Shown: positions 34,562 through 63,437, counted from the stretch's first letter. The stretch is DNA of 64,000 bases from Chrysomallon squamiferum (GCA_012295275.1 CM022667.1:6200001-6264000), one strand, 5' to 3'. Numbers and translations: made by a program. Notes: a model not told the origin generated them from the sequence alone.

Positions 34562-34780
34562 CGTAAACAAGAGACCACAAAACAACAGAAAAAAAAAAAA
34601 ATAGTAATAATTAAAAACAACGCTGAAATTAACAGACTGGTACACGTTCAATCTTACTCTGTTACGCAGCTTTTTATTATTAGTTCCTTTTTGCGAAGAT
34701 TTGTTTGGTATTTTTTTCACGCCTTGTATATGGGTCGTTGTTCCTGAAACGGACAGTCTGAAAATGTGTCTGACCATCCA
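34562..34780 (-). promoter_or_regulatory. Putative 5'UTR exon and promoter of gene B
   Basis: GTGAGT donor at 34556-34561; conserved non-coding blocks shared with 55083-55255 at the same position upstream of gene A. Confidence 0.45.
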
Positions 34781-35260
34781 ATATAATGATTATAAATTTA
34801 AATATTGATGGCTCGTCCGAATAAAACTATGCGGGAAAAAAACATTACTGTGAAAACCATTATGGATCATTTATTCATATAGTTGTACAATGTATTTATT
34901 TTATTTTATTATTTTTTAATTTCTATTTTAATTTATTTTTATTTAAAACGAAATAAATATTGTTCTGTATGAAGCAATTTGCAATGTCCCATGTCCGATA
35001 CACAGTTAATTATTTACAAAGAAATTATATAAATATGTAAATAAAATATACTGCAAAATGCGCACCCGCCCCCAAAAAATAAAAATAAAAATAAAAATAA
35101 ATAAAGTGAAAATATTTGCATATAAAGTATACGTAAGTGAGAACAAAGTTGTGGCTGCTGTTGTGTTGTTTAGGTTTGTTTTGTTCAATCAAAAGGAACC
35201 ACAGACTCACAGATATTTGAGAATGCATAGCAGACTCTTGTTGTTTTATCAATTGTTGGT

Positions 35261-36174
35261 AAAGAAAGTACAGCGTCGTTTATTTCCTTTGTCTGACACT
35301 TCCACTTTTAAGAGCAGACTTCATCACAGTCTGCCTCACACGAAACAGCCACGTTTTTACCTTCTACTATCTGTACTGGTGAACTTCTGTTCAGTTTAAT
35401 GTTTTCTGTATCTTCTGATAACACAAGAAAATTAAAATGTTTGCAGTCTGTATTAAATCAGTGCATATGCATATCAATGTGTGTGTGTCTGAGTGAAAGA
35501 AGGGAGAAATGTTTTAATTAAGGATTACACTGAGGAAGGAGTAAACAACAGTTTCAGATAAATCATCATAAGTTACTGGCTTGGAAAGGGTGTGACACAA
35601 AGGAAGAGGCAAGTAAGGCAATACCTAGAAACTATAACATATAAATATTTAGTGTACTTACAAGTGATTGATTTGTTGACCAATTTTAACTAATAACAAA
35701 GTAAAATGACAAAAGGATCCAAGTTCCAAGTATCTAGTACTGCTATTTTTTATTCATTTTTTTTTGTTATAGAAGCGAAATCCTAGATTAGATAGTGAAC
35801 AAATTTTAATGTCCTATCAAAAATATTTTGTTTTCATTGAAATCTGATTAAAGAAATCTTCAAAGCCTTATATGTGTTTCCGAACAAAGAAGTATGTTAT
35901 TATCTATTACTCTAACAATCCTCTTTTAACAGAAATTTAAAATTTCAGATTATTGTTGCTTGTACATACAGCCTTGAATTTTTTGGTTTTGTCTTTGTTT
36001 CAGTTGTATATTTCAGTTAAATTCATAGAAATATCTGCTGCTGCCATTATAATTATACTGAGTTTGTGATCTGATCATACTGAAATAAAGAAAATTTGGT
36101 ACCAGTACTATTTCATTGTCTACTTTATATACATAGCTATCATTGGTTACCTAACAATAATTACTACAACTACT

Positions 36175-36223
<49 letters not shown>

Positions 36224-36867
36224 TATTAATAATAATAACAATGTGTCTTTATAAGCATGAGAGAAGCTGATTTTCAAGAATGCAGCTAATTTCTATCTTC
36301 AATGATGTTTTAATGGGATAAGAACATAGAAGCCCAGCAGTCCAAAAATGAACAGGAGGAGAAAAGTCCCTCAGTTGAAATGTAAGGTAGGACAAATCCC
36401 ACCAGAAAAGGTAGGAGAAAAGCCACCCCCAGTAGAGTTTGTCATCAGAACTTCTGAAACATTACTGTTTCTGTTTCATAAAATCTGTCAAGGTTACATC
36501 ATTAATATTGTCAATTTAATTTGGGTAAATGAGAATCTATGTATTATCTATTTGTAATCTTAGTGCAAAGTTCTTCTGTGTTGTTAACTTTAACATTAGT
36601 TTCTGTGTTGTATGAACAAATTGAAATAACCTACACATGAATATCTTCATGATCCTCTGTAACACATCATATAGCATATATATATTTATGTATTTATGTA
36701 TGTATGTATGTATGTATGTATGTATGCACAAAAACACACCATAAAGTGTTTATCTCTTAAATAATAAGATATCTTTTCTCAATGGTTTGTAACCTTGATA
36801 ATAGAAATAATTATCAATGCATCATCCATTCTCATATTATTCCATTACATAACAATGTCTGGCCCAC
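35261..36867 (-). pseudogene. Decayed copy of the C2-Ig gene type (exon remnants 35261-35414 and ~36850-36867)
   Basis: TENIKLNRSSPVQIVEGKNVAVSCEADCDEVCS*KWKCQTKEINDAVLS, then truncated. tttcag|GT GGG CCA GAC start of the first Ig exon at 36867. Intron homology to 59050-59700. Confidence 0.75.
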
Positions 36868-37395
36868 CTGAAAAATAAATAATCTTGATGATGATGATGA
36901 TGATGATGATATATTAATAATACTAACAATGTGATCTTTATAAGCATGAAAAAATAATGCAATTTTTCATTAACAAAAATAATACTAAAAATTGTTCTTA
37001 AAATTTAAAACAAACAATAGTAAGAAGCAAATACTGAATATTATTAAAGACTAGACACGAATATTAACAAAGCAAAATTATTCCATATATATAATTATAA
37101 CGTATCAAAAACGGCTTGTTTCCATGTGTTCAAACAGAAATTGAACATTCAGAGAAGATACCAAAGAAATCTTCTGTTTTATATTTGGTGTGATGTCAAA
37201 GAGGTTTTCTTAACAAATCAGATCAGAATAAAATTATAAACATACTGCAGATATACACCTGTTTGTTACATTTGCCTAAAACTTTAATTAAAATTAGAAA
37301 TGTAAAACCAAATAACTTTTTTCTCTTTCTTTTCTACTGATATGATATAAATAAAACTGTTGCAATATAATTTTAGAAATCTGTGTCATACAAAC

Positions 37396-37490
37396 CAGTT
37401 TTCTTTGTCTTCTCTTTAGGTTTTAACTTGCTTTTTATCCGCTCCATGCTTCTTAGATTTTTCCACAATTGAATAAATATCATCTACGTC
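37396..37490 (-). pseudogene. Tyrosine-motif exon copy (DVDDIYSIVEKSKKHGADKKQVKT*)
   Basis: Splice sites conserved; frame broken at an A-run. Confidence 0.55.
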
Positions 37491-37848
37491 CTGCAGTAAA
37501 TAAAAACATTGAATCAAAGGAAACAACAACACAACCTGGACACTACAAAAAACAACTAAAACACACACATGCACAAACACATACACACACACAAATACAC
37601 ACACATATGCACATATATATATTAAAACAATAAAAAATAAAAAATAAATAATGACGTAAACAATGAAATAATGAAATGATCCAATACCCAAAATATCAAC
37701 ATACACTCAGATGTCTGCATTTCCTGTATAACATTTTAAGGTTATGTAATTATGACTATTTGTATGTAATGAAAATACTTTTTCACAAAGAAACTATAAC
37801 ATTTTTCTGTTATAAATTACATTTTGTCAGCCTAACTAACCCTTGCGA

Positions 37849-37954
37849 ACATTTACATTATTATGATGTAATAAAAATGACATAATCATAACCAAGTCAT
37901 CACATTTACATTATTATGATGTAATAAAAATCACATAATCATAACCAAGTCATC
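37849..37954. repeat. ~53-bp tandem duplication
   Basis: acatttacattattatgatgtaataaaaat(g/c)acataatcataaccaagtcatc twice; single copy in the 62 kb paralog. Confidence 0.85.
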
Positions 37955-38621
37955 ACCTAATAATTATGTAATTACAAAGTAATACTTTTCTAATAAATAT
38001 CAAAGAAAGAAGAACTATTATAGATACAATTATATTAGCCCAAGCTTTAGATAAGGAAATGGGTGAATAATAACAACTTTATAAGCATAGCTGCTAATAA
38101 CATATGGATAGATATATTTTGGAATATGAAATTTACTAACCAAACAGGACAAAAATGTAAAACAAATCAAAAGAAAACAAAAATAAATATTGGTTACTCA
38201 AACAGTGTTGACGAGCAGACATTTCCAGCGTTACTGTTCTAACAGACAAGATAAGATAACAAGACAAATTTTTAACATAGCAAAATTATATTTATTCACT
38301 TATAGGATTTACTTGAAAACTAGCTAGTATTCATTCAGTAAAAAGCTTAACAACAATCATAACTAATATATCAAAACCAAATGAGGTAGTAAATAAAGTA
38401 AATGAACATATTCAACATCACATTTCTAATAACCCGAGATGTTACTGGAAGAGAAACTAAAACAAGCCAGAAAGTGAAACATGCGTGAAACATGAGCAAG
38501 TTGTGTGAGAAGAACAATTGACACAAAGAATGATATATATATATACAAATTAATATACAAAATTAAAATTATAAAAAGAAAGGAGAACAAGAAGAAAAAG
38601 CAATGACTATACATAATCTTC

Positions 38622-38683
<62 letters not shown>

Positions 38684-38829
38684 AAATTCTGAGAAGGCTC
38701 TTCAACAAATAAAAAAGAATCAATTTATTAATGAAAAAACATTCATTTAATTAATTTGTTAAATATTATTTAAAACGAATCACAGAAACAAGCAACAGTA
38801 AATTTGTTAAGAACATTCCAACACTGATG

Positions 38830-52728
<13,899 letters not shown>

Positions 52729-53449
52729 TTCTGTAGAAAGAACAAAGTTACATATTTTACTATCTGTAAACTTCTCTAAGCCTGAATATTTTTTCTATCG
52801 ATGAGATAAATTAAAACTATCATTAGTAATATTTTAAATGATTAATAATACTGAAACATACATTAAGTCTTTCTTTCAGCAATGTGGACAGTTCCCATGG
52901 AACATTTTGTTCACTATAATTCATCTCAAATTAATATGCAAATTGCAGAGATCACTACCAAATTCTGAAATATCTGCATAATTTCTGTATCCATATTTTT
53001 CATAACAAAATTCTGTTTTCAAATGTATTACTGTGAGTGTGTGAAAAAGTTCTACTAGGAATTACTGACCAATTAAATCTTACTGACATTGTTGCTTATA
53101 ACTTCAGAAACCCTGATCTATTTCATAAAACTAAATGATAAATATTTTTATTATCTATTCCTTTTTATAACAGAAAATTAAAAAGCTAATATATTTCACA
53201 AATTCAGTTTGTAATTTAAAATAATCATCAAATTAATAATACTTTGTGCATAATTATTTCTTTAACCTTTTATTTTGTTAAAAATGTCCCATTACCTGGA
53301 AATGTTATAAAGGGTGAAAACTCTGTATGATCTAATCACCATTTTTATTGAATTGGAGAAGATACATACATACATACATACATACATACATACATACATA
53401 CATACAAGAAACTCACAAGTGGCAGGGAATGATGTACCCTATGAAATTT

Positions 53450-54640
53450 TACTTTCCTATCAATGATCAATATGTATTCCAGTGACCCAACATGCATCCC
53501 CTCTACTCTGACCTAATTTGTAATCTTGCATACAGACACAATTTCAGCAATCTTTGCATTTGACCAACCCATTTTTGGAAGGTATTGGAGATCATCTGCA
53601 ATGCATGAATGGGCAGCTATTTGAAAGATATCAGCTGGGTACTGGATAGCTTTCATACACTGATGAATGTTCTTGACGATATCGGTACACTCGTGCATGG
53701 TTCAGAACTTATTATTAAGGTTCTGTATGAGGAGAATGCAATAAAGCACATGATGAGTGAAAAGGAAATACAAAGAATTTTCTGCAAACATTTTTTGGTT
53801 GAAAAATGTCTGAATTTCATGCTGACCACTGAAGTGATGGATGGTGACCTGAGTTTTGCTAATTATGTTAAATCCTGGGAGGAAACATTTAACTAATCTA
53901 TGTCAGATTAGATACTATCGACAGATCTCACACAGTGAAGTTAAACAAGCCATTGTAAAGACAAATTTTCATTGTGATCTGGGGTAAGTAAACTGTATTT
54001 AACAAGATCTTTCAAGTCTGTTGGAGGTCTTGGATGAGGCAGTGCAATGACGAGGAGCAATGTACCTTGTGCACAGTATTATCTCCAGTCTGCTATTTAT
54101 ATAATGCTGTGATGCAGTATTTCAATAAACAAACCACAATTCTTATCGAGGAAGACACAGACCTACTCATTATTATATTGTATCATATATACATTTTTGT
54201 TCTGACAACAAATCAAGAAACCAACTTCGGGTTTATATTATGCATTTTCTAAAATGTTGTTAGGTGATGATTTTTATTTTCAACATGTTTTACATACATT
54301 TACTTGGTGTGATACTTTATCTTGCATTTTGTGGGTTGGAAAAAAGACATACTTTGAAAAAAACTTGAAAACTGAAGAATTCTGCAACTGAAAGATATTC
54401 TGAATTGAAACTGTACTTGATGCAAATGATTGGGACTGGAAATGTGAAAACAACCAATTCAAACTAATAAACATACAAAAAATGTTGCACAGGACAATGC
54501 TACCAATCTGAAATATCCATAAACTGATATTTGAATGCTTCATACACATACCATACTAACGAAAGATGCATACTGGATCTATTCAGCAACCTGGAGCTCC
54601 AAATTTTAGGTGTCTAGTTCAGGAATAATGCAAAACAGGG
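53450..54640 (+). mobile_element. Academ-like transposon remnant (transposase + XPG-like region)
   Basis: GSEL...LYEENAIKHMMS.K.IQR...KHFLV, EEDTDLLIIILYH and WCDTLS....VGKK motifs in broken frames. Confidence 0.5.
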
Positions 54641-54754
54641 TTTATAAAATTCTATATGACATTTGTTTGCTTGGGGGTTTGCGGGGTTTTTTTTGGAATG
54701 GGGGCTTTGTTGTTTTTGGTTTACATTTGTTTTTTATTGTTATTTTTGTTATTC

Positions 54755-54809
<55 letters not shown>

Positions 54810-55082
54810 TAAATGCTGAAGAAAGAAAACCGAGATGTAGCTACATGATATCCTTACACTGACTTGCTACAAATTCCGAGTCGATCAATACAATTTTAAC
54901 GCGGTTTGTGATTGTCAGTACCTTGCTGTTACTGACAATAGACATTTTCAACAATAATGATAATATATCAAGTACAGTTTTAATTATTCTATGATTTACA
55001 CAACACACTCTGCGATTAATTTACAAAGAATGTAATTATTTATGAAATAGGTGAGTTTATTATATTAAAGAAATGTACTTAC

Positions 55083-55255
55083 CGTTTATAAGCTACCATA
55101 GAATCCTGAATCCACTGATAGAATGCTGAAAATAATAGACTGGTTTAACTTCAAAGTCACTCTGTTGCGATTTCTTTTTTTTTTTTTTTTTTAATTGCTA
55201 TTTGTTACATTGTATCTGGGTTATTCTTCATAAAACGGGCAGACTGAAAAATTTT
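55083..55255 (-). promoter_or_regulatory. Putative 5'UTR exon and promoter of gene A
   Basis: GTAAGT donor at 55077-55082; homologous to 34562-34770. Confidence 0.45.
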
Positions 55256-55376
55256 ATGTCAATACAATATTAGTAATATATATAATATACTTATGCCTAG
55301 TGAGAATTGAAAATAGATGACTGTCAAAACCATTATGCAACACATTATTCGTTCATAGTTCTTTAGTTGTACTCTG

Positions 55377-55441
<65 letters not shown>

Positions 55442-56939
55442 GAGTCAATTACTTGAGTTTAGAATCATCACCTGATTAGAAGTACATGCTGCCACCAGTA
55501 TTAAGACTGGAAGAAAATAATGTCATATGTAATTAATTATTTGATAAACACATCAAGCAGGCTGCATGTGCATTGTTACCAAACACGTTTCAAATATAAA
55601 GACATGTAAAACCTCTCTACATGAAATGTATGAAGCCTCTTGTCCACGTTTGTTGCATAATTATACTTGAGGAGTAACAAAACAAAATAAATAAATAAAT
55701 AAATAAATACTGCAAAAACATGGTTATCATCACTAAATTAGCAGCAACATTAATCATGTGCAATGGAAAAGTACATTTTCCTACAATCAGTGCATGGCGA
55801 TGTGCAAACTTTATTCTTGCAACATAAGAAGCAAAGGAATGACTTATCTCAGCACTGCTATAATGTAGAAGTTCTAACTGATTATAACCCTTGCAAACAA
55901 ATTAATTTACAAGGAATTATATTCTCATAAGGCTAAGGCTATTTTGAGTACTTTCTACAGTTCAGGATTTTGTATCTGTTACGGGAGAAAAGAAAAAGAA
56001 GAAATTTAAAAAAATAAAAATAAAAAAATAAAAATAAAAAAATAAAAAAAATGTAATAATAATAGTAATAGTAATAATAATAAACCTCTTGTTACACTAT
56101 AATAATATTTCCTATGTCATAATAATGTGCATTTTAAACATGCTGAAACTGGCAATTACATATTTGTTTCTTTGAGCTTACTTCATTTCATGTCAATCAT
56201 AAACCAGTCTAAGCACAACAGAAAGTATTCTGAAAGTATTATGGATAATGTATCTGAAGCTAGAATTTGTCATATTTCTCCACCAAAGATATGCTATAAT
56301 AAAATGTGTGTGTGTTAAAGAAAAAGAACAAAATACAATTATAAAATTATATATTTTTAATACTTTCTCTGTCCAGCATAAACAAATACATACAAAAATG
56401 ATTAATAGGTGCATTTTTAAGTTGAAAAATATTATTACCTAGAATGTTTAATAAGCATTAATTTAGTACAGATAAGAAAATATTTTCGTAATGATATTAA
56501 TGCAGATAACAATATTTACAAAAGCATTCATCTGTAGAAGAAAGATATGTTCTATCTTGTTTCAGTTACCAAGAACCGAAACCGGATTTACAATTTAGAA
56601 AACAATTTACAGTTCACCATTTTTTTGCTATCCATTGTATTAGTGTACCAAACAAAGTTAATGCTAAAATCTGCATTAAGATGTACCTGTTTACTAACAC
56701 AACAGCATTAAATTATGTACAAATATATACACACACGGTCATCTATGCAGATACATATAATATACATTAGTTTTAAAAACCATAAAGTAAATACTAATTA
56801 AAATATGAGTTACATCTCTATTCAATATATTTTGAATAGCAAAAAAAGCAATCAAACAGAATATATAAAAATAAAATAATAAAAAATATTTGTCTGTATA
56901 ATAAAAAATAAATAAATAACAATGAAATTAACAATAAAA

Positions 56940-56976
<37 letters not shown>

Positions 56977-57218
56977 CCCATCTACAATTAAATACAATTA
57001 ACCTATCATAAAAATTAACTATCAATTAACAAACTAAAAAGTTAAAATTATAATTATATGATACCATACTAATAGCATTCCTTTCAATACAAAAACATAT
57101 AAATTACAAAATTTTTATTATTTTATTCACTTCCAAGTATTTAAAATAAAAACTGTCTTCTTAGTTTGTTGAGAGATTGAAGCTATAACTATGACGAATA
57201 TTTCAAAATAATCCATGA

Positions 57219-59125
57219 TTATGAACCTGAAAATACAAATAATAATAAAAAATAAATAAAATAATAACAAAAATAGAATAAAATAAAGAACTAAATACTA
57301 AATAAAATCAACAGCTATAGGTACCAGACCAATTATCCGTCGCATGGCGTTCATTCACTCATTGTTTACATGTGGAGTCGCTACAGTTGTGTATCGTCAA
57401 TTTTCATTACGTTTTTAATTTTAGGTACCAGAAAACCGCTAAATCCTGAAATCTGGAATGCCTCAGGCCCCAAGAAGTCTGGATAATTGGTCTGGTACCT
57501 GTACAAGCAACTAATATGGCAGAAATAGTTCAATATTTTATTTTAACTTAATTTTTAATTTTTGTTGTTGTTGTTGTTATTGTTGTTATTATTTGATCCT
57601 GATTTAAATCCTGCTGTAGTTATCAATTTTAATCAAATATATTTTATCTTATAATATAATTATTAACATATTAAATATTTCTTAATTTTTGTAGCAGTCT
57701 GAATCATCTTCTACTTAACTGACTTAAATTTTATTTTAAACTTCTAAGTAATTTAGATTATCTTTAATAACAATAATATAATTTTAAAAAAATATTTTAC
57801 TGCTGCCATATTTCCCCCTTTTTCATACTCTCTTATATGATGACATCATAAATGGCATGCTGTGATAATTTCTCTCTATACTGGTTTCTTAATGACAACA
57901 AATATTAAGAAAGGTGCATTTTAATGTTGATATAATGTAAAAGTTCATTTTATATTTTGCATTAATTATAATGTTGTATATAACTCATCATTTTATTCAT
58001 TATACTGTCTTTTGTGTTTTCTGACACAGTTTATTGATGCATTTATTTCGTAACTTATTTAATATTTAATAATATTAGTTACGTATTATTTTCTTTTAAG
58101 AATCTTTTCAGCAATGCAATAAACTAGCAATATTTTTTGTTTGCCAAGTATCTTAGATGTTTTCATAATAAGTATTTAAATTATACCATTTGTCTTCTTC
58201 CTCTCTTTAGGTTTCACTTTTTGTTTTTTAACTGCTGCAGGTTTCTTTGTTTTGTCCACAACTGCATAGAGATCAGCCGAGGAAGAAGGACCAGCTGTAA
58301 GTAAACACATGTTTGTAGAGCTTTGTGCAAACAGATCGGAACACTGCCATTATTTTAATAATTTCAAGAATTTCACTAGTAAAACTAATGGCTAATCCCT
58401 TAAGTCTTCTTTTTTCTGATGTAACAGATACTAATGTACATTAAGACTCTCAGAGGGGATAATTATGCTGTTTTGGAGTGTACATGTATGAACATGACCC
58501 AACAATCTGTTATGATGCAAATACTATGCACCGCATCATGTTTACCATAATTAATCAAATGATGCAGTAGGACCATGGATATCACTACAAGAAGTTAATT
58601 TTTTATATGTGAAATGTTACAGTGCAAAACTGCAGAGATTTTTGTGTTGATCTGGCCTTTGCCTCCAGGATTATAAATCAAGGTATGCCCACTGGTTGTA
58701 AAAATCAGTACAAATGTAAATGATTATCTAAAATTCTAAAATTACATTATTTTCTTCATCTGATATTAACAAGAAACATTAGAATATAATGTTGCAAATC
58801 AAAAGTTTACTTACATTGAACATCCAAGGTAACAGTTTTGTTGTTTGACTTGTTTGTGTTTCCATTGGTGCCAATACACACACAAACTCCAGCCTCTGTT
58901 CTGTGTATTTGTGTAAAAGAAAGTACAGCATCATTTATTTCCTTTGTTTGACAATTCCACTTGTAAGTGCAGACTTCATCACAGTCTGCCTCACACAAAA
59001 CAGCCACATTTTTACCTTCTACTATCTGTACTGGTGAACTTCTGGGCCATCTGAAAATACACATATGATATTTGTTTTCTGCATTAAAACAGTGCACATG
59101 CACATCGATGTGTGTGCATATATGC

Positions 59126-59170
<45 letters not shown>

Positions 59171-60063
59171 ACTGAAGAAGGGAGACATATTTTATTTAAG
59201 AATTATACTGAGAAAGGAGCAAACAACAGTCTTAGACAAATCTGTTATAAGTTACTGGCTATGAAAGGATGTAACACAATGGAAGAGCTAAGTAAAACAA
59301 TACATAGAAACTAACTTACCAACATTTTGTGTACTTACAAGTGACTGATCTGTGTCTCAGTTGTTAACCAGTTTTAACTAACAACAAAGTGAAATGCCAA
59401 AAGATTCCAGGTATGAAGTATCTACTACTTTTTTTTTATTAGACAGTGGGCAAATTGTAATGTTCTCTGAACAATGTTTTGTTTTCATTGCAATAAACTA
59501 TGTGATTCAATAAATCGTTAAGGCCCTCTCTGTGTTTTAAATATAGTCATATGTTATTATTAATTTCTTTAATAATCTTGTTTTAATACAAATTTATTCA
59601 AATCAGATTATTGCTGCTTCTATATACAGCCTTGAATTTTTGGTTTGAATTTCAAGGCAGTTTATCATTATAATTACACTGATGCAGTTTTTGATTTGAT
59701 AAAATTCAAACAAAACTTAACAACATTCAAGAAAGAAAAATCAAAATGAATTTAGATCAGTTATAAATAAATAAATTTCTAAGATTTTTTTAAAAATAAA
59801 ACTCACAGTGTACTTTCAGAGTGAAACTTTTAGTGAGAGATTTGGCTGAGACTCTGTTAGTCACAGTACATGTGTACTTCTGTCCTGTTTGGTTTCTTCT
59901 CACATTTGTAACACTGAGCTCAGACCCTGACTCAGTCTGTTGATTGTTAAGAGACCAGGAAAACAAACATGGCGGCTTGCAGACAGCACAACACAGTTTA
60001 CATTCAAATCATCTCCTTCTTCAACATTTCCTGGTAAACTGAACATAACACTATCTGGGCCAC
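57219..60063 (-). pseudogene. Pseudogene copy of the C2-Ig gene type: exons 59807-60063 (+2 frameshift), 58815-59050 (-19 frameshift), 58187-58294 (cytoplasmic), 57219-57226 (terminal GS*)
   Basis: Near-identical to 776-1030 and 17-175. Intact 108-bp phase 1-1 exon GPSSSADLYAVVDKTKKPAAVKKQKVKPKERKKTN. No TM exon seen between the Ig and tail exons. Confidence 0.8.
57318..57501. mobile_element. MITE (~185 bp), Tc1/mariner-pogo type
   Basis: TIRs AGGTACCAGACCAATTATCC / GGATAATTGGTCTGGTACCT with TA on both sides. Confidence 0.85.
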
Positions 60064-60499
60064 CTGAAAAAATAAATAATAACAATAATATAGGGGGAAA
60101 AGTTTATTATCTCCTAAAAACATGATGACAATACTCTTTTTTCACCTAATATACTGATATTTTACTAAAACATTTGAAAATGTTAAAAGTAAATGTAAGT
60201 TTTTTGTGTTTTCAATACAAATTGTCAGTCCAGAAAATACTTTTAAATGAATGAAGTAACAATAACCTATAGTCCATTGAGAACTGATTATAATATATTC
60301 ATGATACTTTGTCAAGTGTTTTATAGTGTATATATATTTCATGTTACTAAAAAAAAAAAAAAAGCTCAGTAAAATCTTTTCTCAAAACTTTGTGCAGAAG
60401 TAATTATCAGTGCCACATGCATTACCAAATTAATCCATTATTAGCACTATAAATAGTACTTTCCTACTTTTATAAGTAAGTATGTTATATGTGAATTAT

Positions 60500-60872
60500 G
60501 GTCAATTATCAATGTGTGAAATATCTATAAAGAAGCACATTAGGAAAATGAGTTGAGAGTTTTAATAATTCAAAGACAGTATGACAACAGAAGTCAACAA
60601 ACTACAATGAAGACAAAAGCAGATCTTATTCCAAATTATGCTTCAGTCTAAACTTTGGTGACAGCAACTCTATAATAGGAGCAGAGCCAGAGAAATGTTT
60701 CCATTACCTTGCTGAAAGCAAGCCCCAGTTGGGACGATTAAACTTAGGGGCCTGTAGATGCATTATGTGTCCTAGACACTTTTCCTCTATCAATTTATAT
60801 ATATATATTAAAAAAAAAAAAAAAATAAAAAAAATATAATAATAAAGATGATGATGATGATGATGATGATGA

Positions 60873-60905
<33 letters not shown>

Positions 60906-62090
60906 GAAAATTAAATTTAAACTTAAAATATGTAACAGTTCATTGTCATGAAGTATAATCATTTGACCTTGAAAATATTAGCAATCTTTACAAACAGATT
61001 TTTGACTTTGATATGTTGCTAAATTCAGATTGGTTCTTTATTAAATGTTAAAGACAGGAAATACTGTTGCACATTATTTAAGATGATTCTAAAACAAACC
61101 TACTAATTCACAAATTAAGGCATCAAATGAATTTTTAAATGTTGCAGAAAACAGCTCAGCCATTAACAGAACTGCTTTATTTAGGAAATGTAACTGAAAA
61201 AGAGATGAGGATATTTTATATTACAGTTAGTGACAATCTCTTCCAGTTACCAGTCTCTTGTTTCTTCTTGTTGTTTGTTTTGGCTTGTGCCTGTGTGCAT
61301 ACAGTGTATAATCTTTTATGTAGAAAAAGAACTGCAGTATAAATGAGTTTTCTTCATGGACACTGAGTGACTCCCAGAACTCATCATTGCAGGGAAAGTA
61401 AGACAAGTATTCTTGCTCCATGATGAAATTTATTCAGGAGAACAAACAAACATTCTGTTTCCTAAGGTAGCCTGACACTTGAAATAAGCAGGGCTACAGA
61501 AGCTACAAAAGATGTTGCTAGAACTTGGAGTGTAAAACTCTTGAGGACTATTTTGCTGAGAAGTCACTGTATCACAGTTATTATTTGCTATTGGAATTAA
61601 AGTTTGTTGTTTCTGAATGTTAACAATGGCTGTTTACTTTCCTTGTATGACAATCCTGATAAAATAATCTCTTGATTAGTGTGCAAACACATTTCTTATC
61701 AACTCTTAAATCAGATAATTTTAAGAATGGCAAGTACATAATCTGCAGAGTGGACACAGTCTCCAGGCAGCCTATTTTGTTTTCAAGAGTTGCAGATACC
61801 AGTCTCGTTATCATCTGTGAATCAGTGATCAGTTCTAGTCTCATTGGAAGAAACACAGACGGTAATATTGTTTACCAGTCATGTTATTTTATGTTTCTTA
61901 AATGTGGTGTTAAAGGTATTCTTATCATGTTTTTGAATACAGATTTGAATTGAAATCTGAAAAAAGTATCTATTCTGTTTACTCTCCTAAGATTTATTAT
62001 CCATTATTCCTTAATGTCAGTGAACATAGAGAAAAGAGTCTTTGAATATGTCTGCTGTTTCCCTTCTATGCATGTCACCAATCTGCTCAA
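60500..62090 (-). mobile_element. Decayed hAT (Charlie/Buster-like) transposase remnant
   Basis: Weak fragments resembling VRWLS...LKRF and KTK.R..L..E.DL.L (TKFRLKHNLE*DLLLS). Confidence 0.35.
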
Positions 62091-62116
62091 AACGTATAAG
62101 TGATTTAAGGTTTGTT

Positions 62117-62148
<32 letters not shown>

Positions 62149-62260
62149 CATAATAAATAAATAAATAAATGGTGCTGCATTCTTTCTTCCTAGGTCACCT
62201 ACATATGTAATATAAACAAAACTGTTGCAATATAATTTTAGAAATCTGTGTCATACAAAC

Positions 62261-62356
62261 CAGTTTTCTTTGTCTTCTCTTTGAGTTTTAACTTGATTTT
62301 TTATCCACTCCAAGTTTCTCAGTTTTATCCACAATTGCATAAAAATCATCTATGTC
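62261..62356 (-). pseudogene. Tyrosine-motif exon copy (DIDDFYAIVDKTEKLGVDKK...)
   Basis: Splice sites conserved; one A short of an open KKIKLKLKEKTKKT frame. Confidence 0.55.
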
Positions 62357-63437
62357 CTGAAGTAAATAAAAACATTGAATCAAAGGAAACAACAACACAA
62401 CCTGGACACTACAAAAAACAACTAACAATTGAAACCCACACACATGTACACACACAAACAAACACACATGCACATATAAAAACCCCAAAAAACAAATAAA
62501 ACAAATAAATAAATAATGAAGTAAACAATAAAATAATGAAATGATTCAATACCCAAAATATCAACATACACTCAGACGTCTGCATTCCTTGTATAACATT
62601 TTAAGGTTATGTAAATATGACTATTTGTATGTAATGAAAATACTTTTTCACAAACTAACATTTTTCTGTTATAAATTACATTTTGTCAGTGTAACTAATC
62701 TTGCGAACATTTACATTATTATGATGTAATGAAAATAATGTAATCATAACCAAGTCATAATGTAATAATAACGTAAATATAAAGTAATATTTTCTGTATT
62801 AATCTTAAAGAAAGAAGAACTTTTATAGATACAATTATATTAGACCAAGCTTTAAATAAGGAAATGGGTGAATAATAACAACTTTATAAGCATAGTTGCT
62901 AATAACATATGAATAGATATATTTTGGAATCTGAAATTTACTAACCAAACAGGACAAAAATGTAAAACAAATCAAAAGAAAACAAAAATAAATATTGGTT
63001 ATTCAAACAGTTTTGACGAACAGACATTTGCAATGTTACTGTTCTAGCAGACAAGGTAACACAACAAGACAAATTTTTAACATAGCAAAATTATATTTAT
63101 TCACTTATAGGATTTACTTGAAAACTAGCTAGTATTCATTCAGCATAAAGCTTAACAACAATCATAACTAATATATCAAAACCAAATGAGGTAGTAAATA
63201 AAGTAAATGAACATATTCAACATCACATTTCTAATAAACTGAGATGTTACTGAAAGAGAAACTCTAAAACAAGCCAGAAACTGAAATATGCGTGAAACAT
63301 GAGCAAGTTGTGTGAAAAGAACAATTTACATAAAGAATGATATATATATATATATAAAAAATTATATAAAAAATTAAAATTAAAATTAAAAAAAGAAAGG
63401 AGAACAAGAAGAAAAAAAATGATTATACATAATCTTC

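Noticed and set aside
59804-59810. CACAGTG heptamer at an Ig exon end, suggesting V(D)J-like recombination signals
   Set aside because: It arises from the exon/donor junction, and I saw no spaced nonamer. The V exons are complete, ordinarily spliced exons, so there is no evidence of somatic rearrangement.
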